Notes under the pieces: model-generated | What the model saw: only the letters and a program-made list of their open reading frames with translations | Told to the model about the DNA's origin: nothing | Databases searched by the model: none | Position numbers and translations under genes: made by a program | Assembly: GCA_964035545.1 (NCBI GenBank) | Contig: OZ037768.1 | Coordinates: forward strand, 20,381,700-20,445,699 | Direction of reading: 5' to 3' | Length of the DNA stretch: 64,000 nucleotides | From: Bugula neritina | Lineage: Eukaryota > Animalia > Bryozoa | Shown here: piece after piece, positions 13,901-27,600 of the stretch | Layout: the number at the start of each line of letters is the position of its first letter | Position numbering within the stretch: the first letter of the stretch is position 1

Positions 13901-13966
13901 GACAGTGTGGACACGCTGGTCATCCCTACCACTCTCAAGAACTATCTCAAATACGACACCTTCTAG
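4996..13966 (+). CDS. WSB1: WD repeat and SOCS box-containing protein (WSB1/2 orthologue), 9 coding exons, 417 aa
   Basis: Exons 4996-5050, 5718-5910, 6885-7075, 9347-9450, 10059-10205, 12214-12386, 12673-12783, 13223-13333, 13798-13966. All introns are GT-AG and phase-compatible (1254 nt). Peptides CAWSEDGKLFAW, LIDHKDHV...LVSASYDGTIKFWDLADDGNM, GHVNRVNRCQFSPDG, GHQFPEP, LCCSFNQNGRFLAVG, and a C-terminal SOCS box LPSLLQLCRLAC...IPTTLKNYLKY* parallel WSB1. Confidence 0.93.
6207..6280. repeat. Two overlapping inverted repeats (hairpin/cruciform-capable)
   Basis: aggtccaacatac (6207-6219) pairs with gtatgttggacct (6231-6243). acctgaggccccataatata (6240-6259) is the exact reverse complement of 6261-6280 with a 1-nt spacer. 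Confidence 0.9.
7194..7365 (+). mobile_element. 5'-truncated tRNA-derived SINE in WSB intron 3
   Basis: Pol III B box GGTTCGAACCC (7204-7214), gagt+T-run tail, and flanking 16-bp target-site duplication attcagcttg(a/t)agtca (7178-7193 and 7366-7381). A second copy lies at 36249-36355. Confidence 0.8.
9961..10032. repeat. 13-bp minisatellite (GTATGCCTACGCC) x5.5
   Basis: Direct reading. It explains the MPTPYAYAVCLRR repeats in the ORF track and ends 26 nt before a WSB exon. Confidence 0.95.
13345..13524. repeat. 39-bp minisatellite x~4.6
   Basis: Unit tacatctactattgcaagggtacactagtgctactaggt starts at 13345, 13384, 13423, 13462 and 13501. It produces the spurious repetitive ORFs at 13181-13568. 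Confidence 0.95.
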
Positions 13967-14309
13967 CTGTAACGTCATGCTCACTCCCCCTTTGCTTTAT
14001 CAGCTTTGTACATATCTCATCATGCTTGTATATATACCATTAAAAGTATATTTTGGCTACATTATATATTTTTATTATTTTCCCTCACCAGTATTTTTTT
14101 AACCAACAGTTGTTAGCAAATCATTCTTGCTCATGTTTGTGTGTGTGTATTCGCTCAAAATTATGTTATATGTTATAAATGCAGTTGCTTGGGAAGTTTG
14201 TACATATTTTATAAGTTATGGCAATCTCTGGAGACTGCCTGCTTTCAAGTATTTTATTGATCCAATTGCTACACTGACTACTAACCAAAGTTCTGTAAAG
14301 ATAATATGA

Positions 14310-14315
14310 AATAAA
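14310..14315 (+). terminator. Candidate polyadenylation signal of WSB
   Basis: AATAAA about 340 nt after the WSB stop, followed by GT/T-rich sequence. Confidence 0.4.
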
Positions 14316-14956
14316 ACTTGTGGTAGTTTTCTCAAGTTATTAATGTATTTGTTTATTTCATTAAAATATATTGCAAAATTCTGAAATGAGTATTTTATTG
14401 ATAATCTATTTGTAAGTTCTTAGTTCTTACCTATGTATGTAACGTTCTAGGTACGAAAAGATCAAAATGCATTCATTTGTAGCCCAAAACTGCTAAATCC
14501 TAAGGCATGTAGTATAATAACTATAACTATACGTTAAAAACTGCTAATGATAAAAAACATTCCATATTATAGCCAACTAATGCTGAAAAATTTAAATTCT
14601 TAGCAACATTTTTTTCTCTAGTACCTATGTTGTACTAGCACAAATCACACGCAACCAATCATATTTGTATGAGTATAACACTAATGTATCTGTTTGTATA
14701 CACCATACACAGTTACCATTATCTCAAGATGGTGCCTTTAGGCACTTGGGGGCAGCAAAGCATATTTATAATTAATAATGCTGCACGTGATACTGCCACG
14801 TGTGCTGTGTTGCAAGTTACGTGTGCTTTTAGCCTATAGGCAAATATCCCATTTTGCAAACTGAACAGGCTATGCTTGGACATTGCCTTGAAGAACCAAA
14901 GGGTTATCACTACAGATTGTGATACACACGCACACATATGTGTATATACATATGTA

Positions 14957-14958
<2 letters not shown>

Positions 14959-15024
<66 letters not shown>
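14959..15024. repeat. (TA)n microsatellite
   Basis: Direct reading; lies between the convergent WSB and PEDS1 3' ends. Confidence 0.97.
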
Positions 15025-15031
<7 letters not shown>

Positions 15032-15963
15032 ATTTATAATTTCATAACATAAATTGATCGAGGTGTTTTGAAGTTGGAGCCAATCCGTAGAGACAATCAA
15101 CATTCCTTACTCATCGAATCAAGTTGTCCTGTTTTTACCTGCTCGATATTATCGGTCTATATATTTACTATTTACTATTAATTATAAAGTCAAGAGTAAG
15201 GCTTAACTTCTAATATATTATAAACCATGAGTCTATATTAGTGAATTACATTAAATTGATATGAAAGTGAATATCTTATCAGCTGTTAAATGATGAGTTT
15301 CAAAGTTCAAAGTTTATACCCTACGCCAGTAACTTAACTGAACATTTTATACTAGATAAAAACTGATATTACCCTAAGGAATCGAATTACAGCCACATTA
15401 TTAATACAAGTCAGCTCTAATTACTAGTTAGTAGTAAGCATCAGTTTAACTTTTCAATTAGTATTAATCTGCTATTGCTGCAACAGTGTTACAAAATAGA
15501 ATTTTTCTTGTAGTTGAAAACTTTAAACATTATATATTTATTCTATCATATATAAACATCACACATATAGCAGGACTTGCTTTATTGTTAAAAAGTAAAC
15601 TAGAGAAAAATCTGTATGGTAGTACAGAAATTTATTCATGTGAGAGTTAGTTAATTGATGGTGTGAAAGGGAAGCATAAAATACAGTACACAAAAACAGC
15701 TAAGAATAACTATAATGTAATTTTAATTTCTTTCCTTCAATGTTGAGCAAAGTATGGAATATCTGAATGAAAAATAAAGAAAGCTAGAAACTCTCCAGTT
15801 TAATCAAAATTAAACATGGTGTCCTACGAAATGAAAATTTATAATTAAAAATAGTCTCAGTATTCATTTTTCTCCAATAAATAGCTACATTTCTGTCTAT
15901 TTAGTTAACACTCTAGCAGCCTCTAGCTGGTAAAAGCCTGGAAAATAATAAGTTGAACCACAT

Positions 15964-16947
15964 TTAGTCTTGTTTTGACCATTTCATATCATCTGATCGT
16001 GGAATAGCTCCTGTTAGTTTGGTGATGATAGCCTCAGCAATTCTCCAAAAGTTGATAGCTTCAAGAGGAGGGTTAAGCCAGCCCGTTGTAATACAGTAGT
16101 TGACCTCATGTGGAGATACATGGTGCTGGCGGTGATGAAGGCGGGGAAGAATTATATGATAGTCTTGAAGGAATAGTATCCACTTCGGTAATCCAAAATA
16201 GGTGTGAGACCACTTGTGAAACTCATTGGTCATGGTAACAAAGCATGCCAAGAAAAATATATACAGCTCCCAATTGTAAAACGATGCTATTTCTTCTGGT
16301 GTGCATGTGTAAAATTTGTAGGCTGAATAAGCAATAACAGGAATACAGACAGTAAAATTGTCAGCATTTGTTTCAATGAAATCATGTCGGCAAATAGATG
16401 TTGGGTCAATATGATGCTCACGAAATGGCCGTAGCAATGCCTGCCCAATAACTGGAAACTCTACCGTCCCCCAAGTATCAGCAGCCCAGTGAACAAGTCC
16501 ACTTGCCAGGTCAGCAGTACAAATGCCAGCAAACGCATACAAAATAATATAACTCAAATATGTTGAGTCAAAATATCTAACTAAATAAAGTAAGTCAATA
16601 ATCAATAAGATTAGACATATGCCAATTCCTATAATCTCTTGAAGCCTTTTTCCTTTACTGTACATTTTAGCTAGCTCTTGGGCATTTTTATTTCCACTTC
16701 CCCATTTTTTGCCTTTGGGCTGAGTTTCAGTTTGACTCTCGCTCTGACCTTGTGCAAGTGGAGTTTCAACACCATTCTTTTCTGAGGCTATTTTTGACGA
16801 ATTTTCATTTTTAGTTCCATCACTTCTTTCATTGTGGTTGTTATTGTCACTATGATCATAGCGCTCAGAGTCAGTGTCAGTAGGAGTCTTACAAGTCGAG
16901 GTTGAACTTTTGTCTAACTTACTGTTATGATTATGACAAGGAGCCAT
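15964..16947 (-). CDS. PEDS1: Plasmanylethanolamine desaturase 1 (TMEM189/Kua/CarF family), single coding exon, 327 aa
   Basis: Uninterrupted ORF with good start context (gcaATGG). Family motifs KKWG...AQELAKMYSKGKR, ADLASGLVHWAADTWG, RPFREHHIDPTSICRHDFIETN, NEFHKWSHTYFGLP, LPRLHHRQHHVSPH..YCITTGWLN, PRSDDMKW (His-box desaturase). Confidence 0.97.
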   Translation of the reverse strand: MAPCHNHNSKLDKSSTSTCKTPTDTDSERYDHSDNNNHNERSDGTKNENSSKIASEKNGVETPLAQGQSESQTETQPKGKKWGSGNKNAQELAKMYSKGKRLQEIIGIGICLILLIIDLLYLVRYFDSTYLSYIILYAFAGICTADLASGLVHWAADTWGTVEFPVIGQALLRPFREHHIDPTSICRHDFIETNADNFTVCIPVIAYSAYKFYTCTPEEIASFYNWELYIFFLACFVTMTNEFHKWSHTYFGLPKWILFLQDYHIILPRLHHRQHHVSPHEVNYCITTGWLNPPLEAINFWRIAEAIITKLTGAIPRSDDMKWSKQD

Positions 16948-18681
16948 TGCTGGAGTGTGGAGGGTTAGTACTTAACTACTAGTACTAGTACTTGAACTTC
17001 AGCTTTAGTTTGAATTTACGTTATGGTTACGCGAAGAGTAGTAGTACTACTAGTAAAATATTAATAGTAATAAAAGTATTTACATTACACGAACTCGCTG
17101 GTTGAATCTTGTAGCTACTCAGTTATGAGTCAGAGTGTCACTCATTCAAGCTTAAAACCCTAATCCCTTTTACTTACTTAGTTACGTATACGCTCACAAC
17201 ACAGGTACGACTACTGACTTGCGTACTCCACTCACAACTAGTACGGTATTGAACGGTGATATGGCAAGGTTATTGGTCATCATTTGGCTAAGTTCAACAG
17301 AAAATAAATTTAGAACGCCAATGGCAACAACAGGAGAAAATTTGGAATTGTCCCTCAATACAAAAAAATTAAAACATCTCCAAAGCACCCATTTAGCAAT
17401 GTACAGTCATGCTATTAAGTTTAATGGACAGATAACCCTGTAAATCATCCGATAATTTAGCTTAGGTTTCAATGTGACTGTAGAGTATTTTTTTATTGGA
17501 CTACACATGATTTGCCGTGTTTAAGCTCATAGACTCAGATCCTAGTTAACAGTTGATCTTCGGTTTAAGGTTTTATGGAGTTATCTCCCTTAGAAATCGA
17601 AGAACTCAGTTTCCGGGTTAATTAGATAATAATTATGGTAGGCGCATTTTCACGTTATGCTTTCAGACTGAAGTGTCTCGATGTTGTGATTATAAGTGTT
17701 GTAAATTAAACCTTGTTCTAAATAAAAACAAATTTAAAATCAATGTAATTTTTATTACTTTTAGCAATTGTTTGCTGCTCTTTTAGTAACATTTTCAAAA
17801 AGAAGATAAATCCATAACCAGCGATCTTGGTTCACACTATTGTGCTAGTTTTTCGAAGTTGGCTTGCTTTGGTTTGTTCAAAATGGCACATACTCACGCA
17901 CAAACACACGTACAATACAATCAAGTAGGAGGGCAGTGGAATTATGGACTAACCTAAACGTGTGTTATCTATTCATTTTGCTAAATTCCTTTATATATTT
18001 TATATTATTTTATTAACGAAAAAAATCTTCAAACATAACGGTCATACAGTATTAAAAATAGAGTTAGCAGTAATAAAGGAACAATATTATAAGAGTATTG
18101 AGTTGATATGCACACAAACATGTACATTCAGAGGCTTAAAAATTGAAAATTTGAAAACAAATTTTTAGTTTCTGCAGAAAAAAAGAGTTCTGGTAACATG
18201 AAATTGAACTGATAATAGGAAAGATTTGAAAAGACTATTACGACATTTAATATTATGTAGTCCATAACAAAAAATACAATAATTAGAATACTGTTTTAGT
18301 CAACTTTCAATTTCTGATTAAATTTTTTATTTAAAACAGAATAAGTTTAAATATTACAAACTACATATGGATGCTTTCATTTTATCAAATCTGTAGGTCA
18401 AAAAAGTACCAGAAAATTATTTAAAAAAGGTTTTAAAATGCTTAATATATTATAACAGGAATGTTTGAATAATGGATAAAAATAAATAACAAACTATAAG
18501 GTATATACATAATATGAGAGATTGCACTAGTGAATGACTTGTTGAGAAATAGAGAAGCACTGAAATTGAGCAGTACCACAAACGGCGGGTCTGTCTGTAT
18601 GTCCTCATACAAGCTGAGTATGTCACATTGATTTCAAAATATAGAGTATAGATATCAGATATTTATACAAACGGTTTGACT

Positions 18682-21600
18682 TTAAGATTCATCTTCTAAA
18701 AGCAAATTTTTGGTTTTCCTTTGCAGGATCTAAAAAATAGAAAAGAAATAGTGAGTTTCACTAAAGCATTTCAGAAAAGGTGTGTAAATATAGTTATTAA
18801 ATGATCTGCTGACGACATTTGTACGGTCCATCATCCATCAAGTTGTAGTATCTGACACGTGTCACACAGTGCTCTCTTTTAGTAAACACAGAGCAAGTTT
18901 ATGCTGTGACTTCAGCTTCACACACTATTTTTCAGAATTAATTTGACAGTAGTAATTCTATTTGCATGGATATATTTATACAAAAAAGTAAACAACTCAC
19001 AAGTCAACAACTTGACCAACAAATTATTTAGACTGATAGAATTTTGCAATAATTACCCGTCTTCTTTGGCGACTACATGAATAGTTGAGAGGAGCTTCTG
19101 TGTTGTAAAACCCGGATCTCTCGCACTCTCTAACATATGCTGTTACCACGTCACATGTGCATTTCCTGTGTCGTGGGCAATTACACGAATCAGTCACACA
19201 TGACCTACAAAGATAAAAAATTCATGAAGAACATTTTTAATAGTTTCAATAATGCAGCAAAAAATCTTATTCTTAGAGTTGTCCTCTCTTTATTTAAACC
19301 TGAATACTTTATTAGTACTGAAACCAATTACTTTGCTACAATTATCAAAGAAAGTGCATATTTTTATTTATAAAATTGCCTTTAAAAATATAGCTTCTTT
19401 ACATAATGTTTAGACATGTATAATTAATTAAAAGGTTTAATTTGCTTATTTTCCCGTAGCACAGAGATGTGGAGAAATTTATAAGGTTTTAACAGTCTGC
19501 ATTTTGCTCTTCTGCATCAACATAATAGTTTCAGAGTGCCCACAATTCTATATCAAGAATATCAGGTAAAATTCAATTTATAAAAAAAACTTTTTTTTTC
19601 AAATTTACAAGAAAGAGTATCTGATAATTTAAAACTTTCAAACTTTAAAACAATGAAATTAAAGTTGATGAGGAAATCAAGCAATTTCTTAAATAATTGC
19701 ATTACTAATACTTTGAGGGTAGGACATGCCAACTAACTAACAATATTTATTCCAAGTAAGTGCTTTAGTGTAAAGTATTTTTTACCTTGATCAATTCAGT
19801 GAGAGAGCATAACTACATAATGACAGTTGAGTAAGTTTTAGTTGTTTAACTATTTCCAAAATCATCATTACCATTTTTATATGACTAGAGTACAATACGC
19901 AGTGACAAGGCCAGGAGAATGCAATAAATAAATAATGATAATCAAGTAGGATTAATTTATAAGTAGACTGTAATATAAAGTGGAAATTCGCCAAGCATAT
20001 GAACTTCCTTTATTGACAGGTAAAGAAAGATCTTGACACGCAGAGATAGTGCTTGCTACGTGACATGTGATGAATATTACGCCAGGCTATAGTGAGTAGA
20101 TGAGTGGCTGTGATAATTCACAACAGATTGGAAGACTTAGTCTAGAAGGCACCATGGCGATACCTGGTGGAGCCAGTTTTATACCGATACACTATCAACC
20201 ATTCCATCAGTGCAGTATACGTGAAAATATTTCTTTTATGTAGAGCCATGTGTTATATATAAATATAATATATTAATTTAGATGAAACAAGCCTTTTTTA
20301 GCATTGCAATTAGAATAATAAAACAACATTTAATAACCAGTGTTAAGAAGACATTGTGGCCACACTGAGGTGGTATGGAGGACTACATGGTCTACCAGCC
20401 AACTAGGCATGTGCCAGGCAGATACTGTCACTGGCTATTCATGTGAAAACAACAACAATGTTTCAACTTATAGTTAATCTAAATATGTTCATGCCATCTA
20501 AAAGCGCATGAAGAGAGAAATTATACAGTAAGCATGGTAGAAAAAGATATAGTAAGGTGAAACACATGACACAGTATAGGATAGAGCAAAGAAGAAGGTA
20601 GAGTAAGGTGGCATGGAGTAGAGCAACATAGAGTAGGGTAGAGTGATACAAAGCAGTGGTAGAAGAAAAAGAATTATTACAGATACATATAATCCTTACT
20701 TGTAATAGGGATCTACACTAATTTTCTTTCTACAATCTTTCAACGCCATACTCTTCAATATAGTGCACTCTTGGTGGGCTCGTCTCCACTTTGAGAAATT
20801 ATTTTGGCACTTTGCTTGCACCTTTAACATAAAACATTCCAGTCAGCCTAATATGACCTTGACATTAGCCCAGGACCACATCAAAGATGATTTACCCGTA
20901 AAGAAACAGCCAACCATGTTATAGTTGAAATGCTGAAAGCCAGATATGTAATGGAGCTGTGAAAGAAATATTAGTATCCCGTGAATTTATATAACTGCTT
21001 TTAATAAAAAATAATTGGTGCCAAGCATAATATTTAGAAAATTAAAAAACAATGCTAAAATAATATCATAAATGAGTAAGTAAAATATAAAGTTTTCAAG
21101 TATTCCCGTCGTTAGACATGAAAGTCACAAATGAATAAGAAAAGTTATTTCGACGAGAAATAGAAAGATAATGAGTCACACTGCTGACCTCCTGTTGAGT
21201 GACGCCAACGGAGCAGACGTCTTGCCTGCCATGCTGCCAGGACTTTGCAAACTCAATTGCTGTCGGGTGCAGAATCTTCTCCTTCCCAATGAAATCGTCA
21301 GACGGCTGTCCATTAAAATTGCCACACATTCCACATGTTTTTCCTTTAAACCTGTAAACAAGAATTCAATAAACAAATGAAATCAACACGAAAACAATCA
21401 GCCAGCTGAAATAGCGAATCATAATGGCCTGCAGGTATGAAGATGATTGTAATGATAGATGACATGTGAATAGCTGCACTATTTCCTGCAATCATGAAGT
21501 GGATGTTTACATTCGGTGCAGAGCGTGTGACAAAATTAGATCAATCATCTAAAGACAGTCAATGGTAAGCTAAGTATAGGTTAAACACTGTTCGAAACAC

Positions 21601-24600
21601 ATTTTTTATAAATATTTAAAAAGCTAAATAACTTCATAAAATTAGTACCCATATATACTAAAAGATTATTAATGTATTGAAATTTAAACTTCCTAATAAT
21701 AGAAATGGAAATTATTAGTTCAAATTATTCAAGTGGGTTGATGATTGATTAGGTACATCGCGCAAGGACATAACGTACTATAGAGGGAAGGCTACTCACG
21801 CAGCAGATAAATGTAGTTCCAGGTAACTCTCCGTATTCCATATGACCTTTAGCCCAAAACTAGCCTCCACTACGATATTCTCTTTCTCATACTTCACATT
21901 GAAATGGCCCACTTTGCTGAAGGGCAAACTGACTAAACTCTTGTTAATTTTCACCTGCAAATGGACAAAACGATCATGACAATTCAAGATATAATACCAG
22001 TTGTAATACAAGAGACAGCAGGTGGTTTCAGGCAGCGGCATAATAATATAAAACCTAATAAACAACATTATATTTCAAGCTACATATTTTAGTGTCTAAC
22101 AAACTAATAGCTGGGCGTAAAAAATGTGTAAAATTGAATTATTCAGAAGAATAATATTTATAAGATCAGTGACTTGAATCTATGCACCACTGGTTACCAA
22201 CAAACTGTTAACATGATGCAATTTTCATACTTTGAGTAGCAACATTAAAATTATTTCTAAATTGATTATTACGATGAATAATTTAGTGTGAAAAACAAAA
22301 ACTATAGCCATGGACTGTAACACCAGTGAATCTAGTAGAAGCATTTTAGAATATCACAATTTTTTTCTCTAATAGGAAAACACGTTGCTGTAGAATCTAT
22401 AATAAATTGCTCAATAGTATAATCATTGATAAAACATAATTATATCCTATATTAAGGTGTAAGAGCAAATTACTGCAGTAGAAGAATTATCGTTATTATT
22501 AATTTATTTAATTGAATTACATGGTAGAAGATTAGTTTAATTATAATTTACATTGTGCAGACCAGATAAAAACTGCAATGAGCTATGTATATTAGCTTCT
22601 ACAGTACAGTATGCTGTAAGAACCAACTATAAGCACCTTTCCATTTTTACGTAAACCAATCTTTGTGTCTCCTATGAGCAGAGTAACTGACTTTGTCCAA
22701 GCACCTGGCATGTTGTATCTATCAAAGTTCTGTACATAAATAGCAAACTGTTTACTGTGGCAGTCCTTAGCCAGCATGTACTTGCAGGTGCCCTGTAAAA
22801 CCAGCAGCGTGTTAGAATAATCATATTGTAATACTCATGTCCTATTATCCAAACTAATAGCCAACTCTATAAGAGGTGTGTGCTGGCTTACCTGAAAGTC
22901 ATAGATCTTCTTGTCAAAGGTAACATAGTGAGGGTCGCCGAACACAGTACACATACCGTCCCCTAAAATATTATGGATATATGAGAACTGCAGGCTAACA
23001 GCGTGTTTATTCACAAACATATACACAACAGAGCAAAGAGGGTAATTCTTACGTTCCACACAAGTGGGGCAGCATTCCCCGTCAGTGAACTTGAGTTGAT
23101 GAGTGTCGAGGGGGCAGTACTGCTCAGCATCACATGACTGCTTGTTGCAGGTGATGATACCATCTGAACAGGTGCAATGCACACACTGGACCAGCCAGCT
23201 GGACCCATGCTGTAAGAAATGTACAATATCAGTTTTACCACAGAAAACAACATAAACTACAGGTGACAATGTATACTACGGGTGACAATGTATACTACAG
23301 GTAGCAGCATATATACTACAGGCAACAACTTATACTACAGGAATTATTGCATGTCCCCATGTGCATAATCCACAATAGATTACCATTTAGATTTTATTTC
23401 CTTGCAGAACAAAAATAATTTTTGAAATTCAGACCTTGCCAAAATTAACTTTTTATTTAACCCTCTTTTTTTATAAAATTTATGCAATTTTTAATAACTT
23501 AAAAATTTTAATAATTAGCAGGAGCCATAAGATTGCAAACTTCATCAACCTTAGTCTTCCTCAGGCAGTTGGCTTTTACATTTATACCTTCATTCAAGTG
23601 TAAACAAAGGTCCTCATATGGACAAAAGTTTTATTAATATAAACCACAGACTAGAGTTCTGGTTTAATGTAATCAGAGGAAATAATTACCTAAAATTTAC
23701 ATAATCACACTAAATACCTGCTAATGGTTTTAACTGTGATGATACTGCAGGTGCCAACAACTAACAACCTAACTGACTACTGGACTCACTATTTCACTGA
23801 AAACTCTCTCTGTTTCACTGAAAACTCTCACTATTTCACTGAATACTCTTACTATTTCACTGAATACACTCACTATTTCACTAGACCCCAGGAAAGCTTA
23901 TTCAAAAGCAAGTAAATTCAATTTTGCTGAAGTTGCTATTAGCTAAAGCTATGCCTACCTGGTAGGTGTGCCCCTCATATTCGCACTGTTTGTACAGAGA
24001 ACTGGGTCTACAAGTTGGACAGCAGCTGGTTGGGTCTGTATAAACATGGCTGTCTGAAGTACAGTTCAGAACGGGACACGTTTCTCGTGTACAGCTCATA
24101 GTTCCTTCCTGAAAGGAGAAGATGACTGTATGGTATAGTATAGTCTAGTATAGTCTAGTATAGTCTAGTCTAGTCTAGTGTAGTCTAGTCTAGTGTAGTG
24201 TAGTGTAGTGTAGTGTAGTGTAGTGTAGTGTAGTGTAGTGTAGTATAGTATAGTATAGTACACACACAGCTACATCTACTGCTTCATTTATATTCTATAC
24301 ACATACTAGTTGTCTTAATAATAATTATTCTATTAATAGCTTTTAAGGGCAAATGTTTACACATGAAATATGATTAAAATATGTTTGTTGACATTGACAT
24401 CAAGTGGCATATTTATTATAACATTACATAACAAATAAGTTAAGTAATATCAATTCATTTACTACAGAATTATCTAATTTTATTAGAAGATAAGATAATT
24501 CTATTCCTGATAAAATGTCATGTACTATATAGAATATTATATTGGAATAGAAACAAGCCAGCTCCATTAGTATTGTTATTATTGTATTCATTTGATAGAC

Positions 24601-27600
24601 TCTTCAATTGACAAACATCAACACTTGAGAAATAATTGATAAAATCAATTATTAATAATTTGAATTGAACAATAGCAAACACAACATATATTGAGAATAA
24701 TTAGCAATTAATTTACATGAATATTGCTATTGTTCCCATTTAACTATTTAACAGCATGGGATATTTTCTGAGAGGGCAAAATTGACAAAATTCTGAATTC
24801 AATTTTCCAGGTTTATTTTTTTCCATGAGATGCAAATTTCTACTTCATTTCTACACCAGAATCTATGGCTAAACACACAGCTATACCAAAAGTGTGAGTT
24901 TATGCTGAGATTGGTAGCAATAGCCAGCCGAGTGGATTCTCAGTGAGCAACTAACCTTGCAAGTGCAATTAGTACATTCATCAACTTTGGAGGTTTTGCC
25001 ACTCTTCACCATGGTGTGCTTAAAGAGGCACATTCCGGGCACCAAGAATACTTTTCTGGTTCCTGCAAAACACAACTGTAAGTCAAACTTTTGCCCTTCT
25101 TTAAAACAATTAAATTCGTTGAAACACACAAGAAAACTTGAGCTTTAAAAACAAGACTAAGGTTAGTGGAAGATTTAACTGGTCTATTGTAGTAGGTATT
25201 ACACACAAAAACAACTATAAAATCAAAGAGAGATAAACTGGAAGCCAGCAGTCACTAGGATTATGAGTTTAAGACGAGGAGACTATGTTGACCACACAGT
25301 CGACCTAAACCAGTCAATTTATGTCACCTCCGTGTGTGAATGGTAACATCCCACCAGTTGTCAGACTTTGAAGGCAGATTATCTCCTAAATGCTTACTCG
25401 ACTACTGTGCATGTTTTATGATGCAGACATAAGAGTTGGTAGAGCAGGGATTTACTGAAATACTGTCTACTAATGACTGAGTCAGAAAGACCAGGTTAAG
25501 TGCAATTATATGATGATACACACTTAAGTTTCTAATTATTGGTTAAAGATAAAATATTTACATTTGAAAACATTCCATAAAACTATATTTCAAAAGGTTG
25601 AGTAAAATGCACTCAAGCAAACTAGAATAAAAACACTAATACTGGCATAAACAAAAAACAGGTCTTATTGTTTTGAAGTCACCAACAATTAACCTTTTCC
25701 ACATCTGATAAACAAACTATAGCCAAGGGTGTTAGGCATGTGCGGATTCATAACTTGATTGTTATCTAAATCTCAGTTAAGAGATATTACACGCTTCTGG
25801 CCTAATTTTATGACTTTTCTGTCATAGGAAAACACATAAACCATGATTATGCATTCTGACTACAATATTCAAGGCTTAAATACAAAATCAGTTCAAAATT
25901 CTATACTTATTTTAAAGAAAATACCATCAAAGGGTTCCGTATAGGCTCCATAAAACCTTTGTACACATTCTCAAATATTTTTGCTCAAAAGTCTAATATT
26001 TTTTTCAGATTTAAATGACAATAAGAATAAATAATTAAGAATTAAATAAAAAAGCAAAACTCAAGGTCATTTAAGTTTTGCTATGATACTTTTGTGAAAA
26101 AACTTAAATGATTTACACCATATTGACCACAGTACATTCAACAGGGTCTAAATAAATAAAATGATTAAAAAACTGGCATACTATGGTTGGTTTATCAGTT
26201 TAGCGATTATGTATTCATGTGCAAACAAACACATATCTCACTAATTTTAACATGTGAGTAGAAAAATTTAGAGTTTGGTTCTGTTAAATAAATAAATTTT
26301 TCCAAGCGAAATTTTCTGAGTTAAAAATATTGCATTGAAGTTTATTCTCATCGTGATACCATCTCTATGATTGGTTGTTTCAATAGCTTTGCTATTTCAG
26401 GGAAACAGTTCAACATAAACAAACATCAACAGCAAACTTAAGGCTAAAAGATATTTATACTTGAATACTATTTCTCCAGCAATAAACATTTTATTGTTAA
26501 CAAATTTTATGCTATGTGTCCAAAAAGGTGGGAGAATCTAACAAATGTCAAACACTTGAGATTTTTGAGAATTTACAGAAAGAAAAATCGGACTGACCAG
26601 AGCATTTGGGGCAGCATTCTCCGTCCAGGTGTACAATCTTGTCAGCATGGCAGTTGAGTACAGGGCAGGCTTTCTTTAGACAGTTAGAGGTGCCATTCTG
26701 TTATTACAACATAATAGAGATGATGTAATAAACTCATTTCAACGGTAACATCAGATACATAAAACTAGCTAGCAACACATAGACAGCAGCCTACAGTATG
26801 TGATTCAACATACCAGGATTCAACTACCAGGAAGATAATAGTAATGTTACAATTGCACTCAGGCACTTCAGGCAAAGCAGTACCCTTAATTTCATCATTA
26901 AAATTTTTTGCTAATTTTCCTAAATACGCAAATAAGGTGATCAAAACTAAGCTGTGAGCCTGGAAAACGAGTGACAATGTAGTTATGCAGATGCTGCTTG
27001 TCCTGTCTAGTGGCAAATCACAGCTACAATACACTCTGCAAAATTCTTACAACTTAGTTTAAAACTTCGTATTCTACAACACACTACGCAGTCAAAAACT
27101 ATGAATAAATCAGCATATACAATGCCTTTTGTTCAAATGTATAATATGTATATATTATACATGCAATATACCTTGCCGACAAAACAATTTAAAATTAAAT
27201 ATTCATTATTTATCAATCAGTTCAAGGCAAATAAAAGCAAAATCTTGAGAAACAAAAAAAGTTGGAAGGTCTGAGCGTACCTGGCAGCTACAGGTGACAC
27301 ACTTGTCATCCAGTGGGGTGAACGTGTCTCCTTCTTTATACTCAGTTCCTTTCACTTCACATGTGGGACAGGATGGGCAACACTCCCCCTCTAACTTTAC
27401 TGGATTTTCACACTGTGGAACTGGGCAAAGTGCAGACGTAGCAGTTATCACCCCTGCCTGCAGCAAGAAGTCTCATTTGTAGAAAATAAAAGAAAATGGT
27501 GGAAAATTTAAAAATGTAATCAGCATAGTATAAACAAATAAATTATATATTATTTAACTATTTATTTATAAGAGGCGATTCGAAGAATAAAGTCTTGTTT

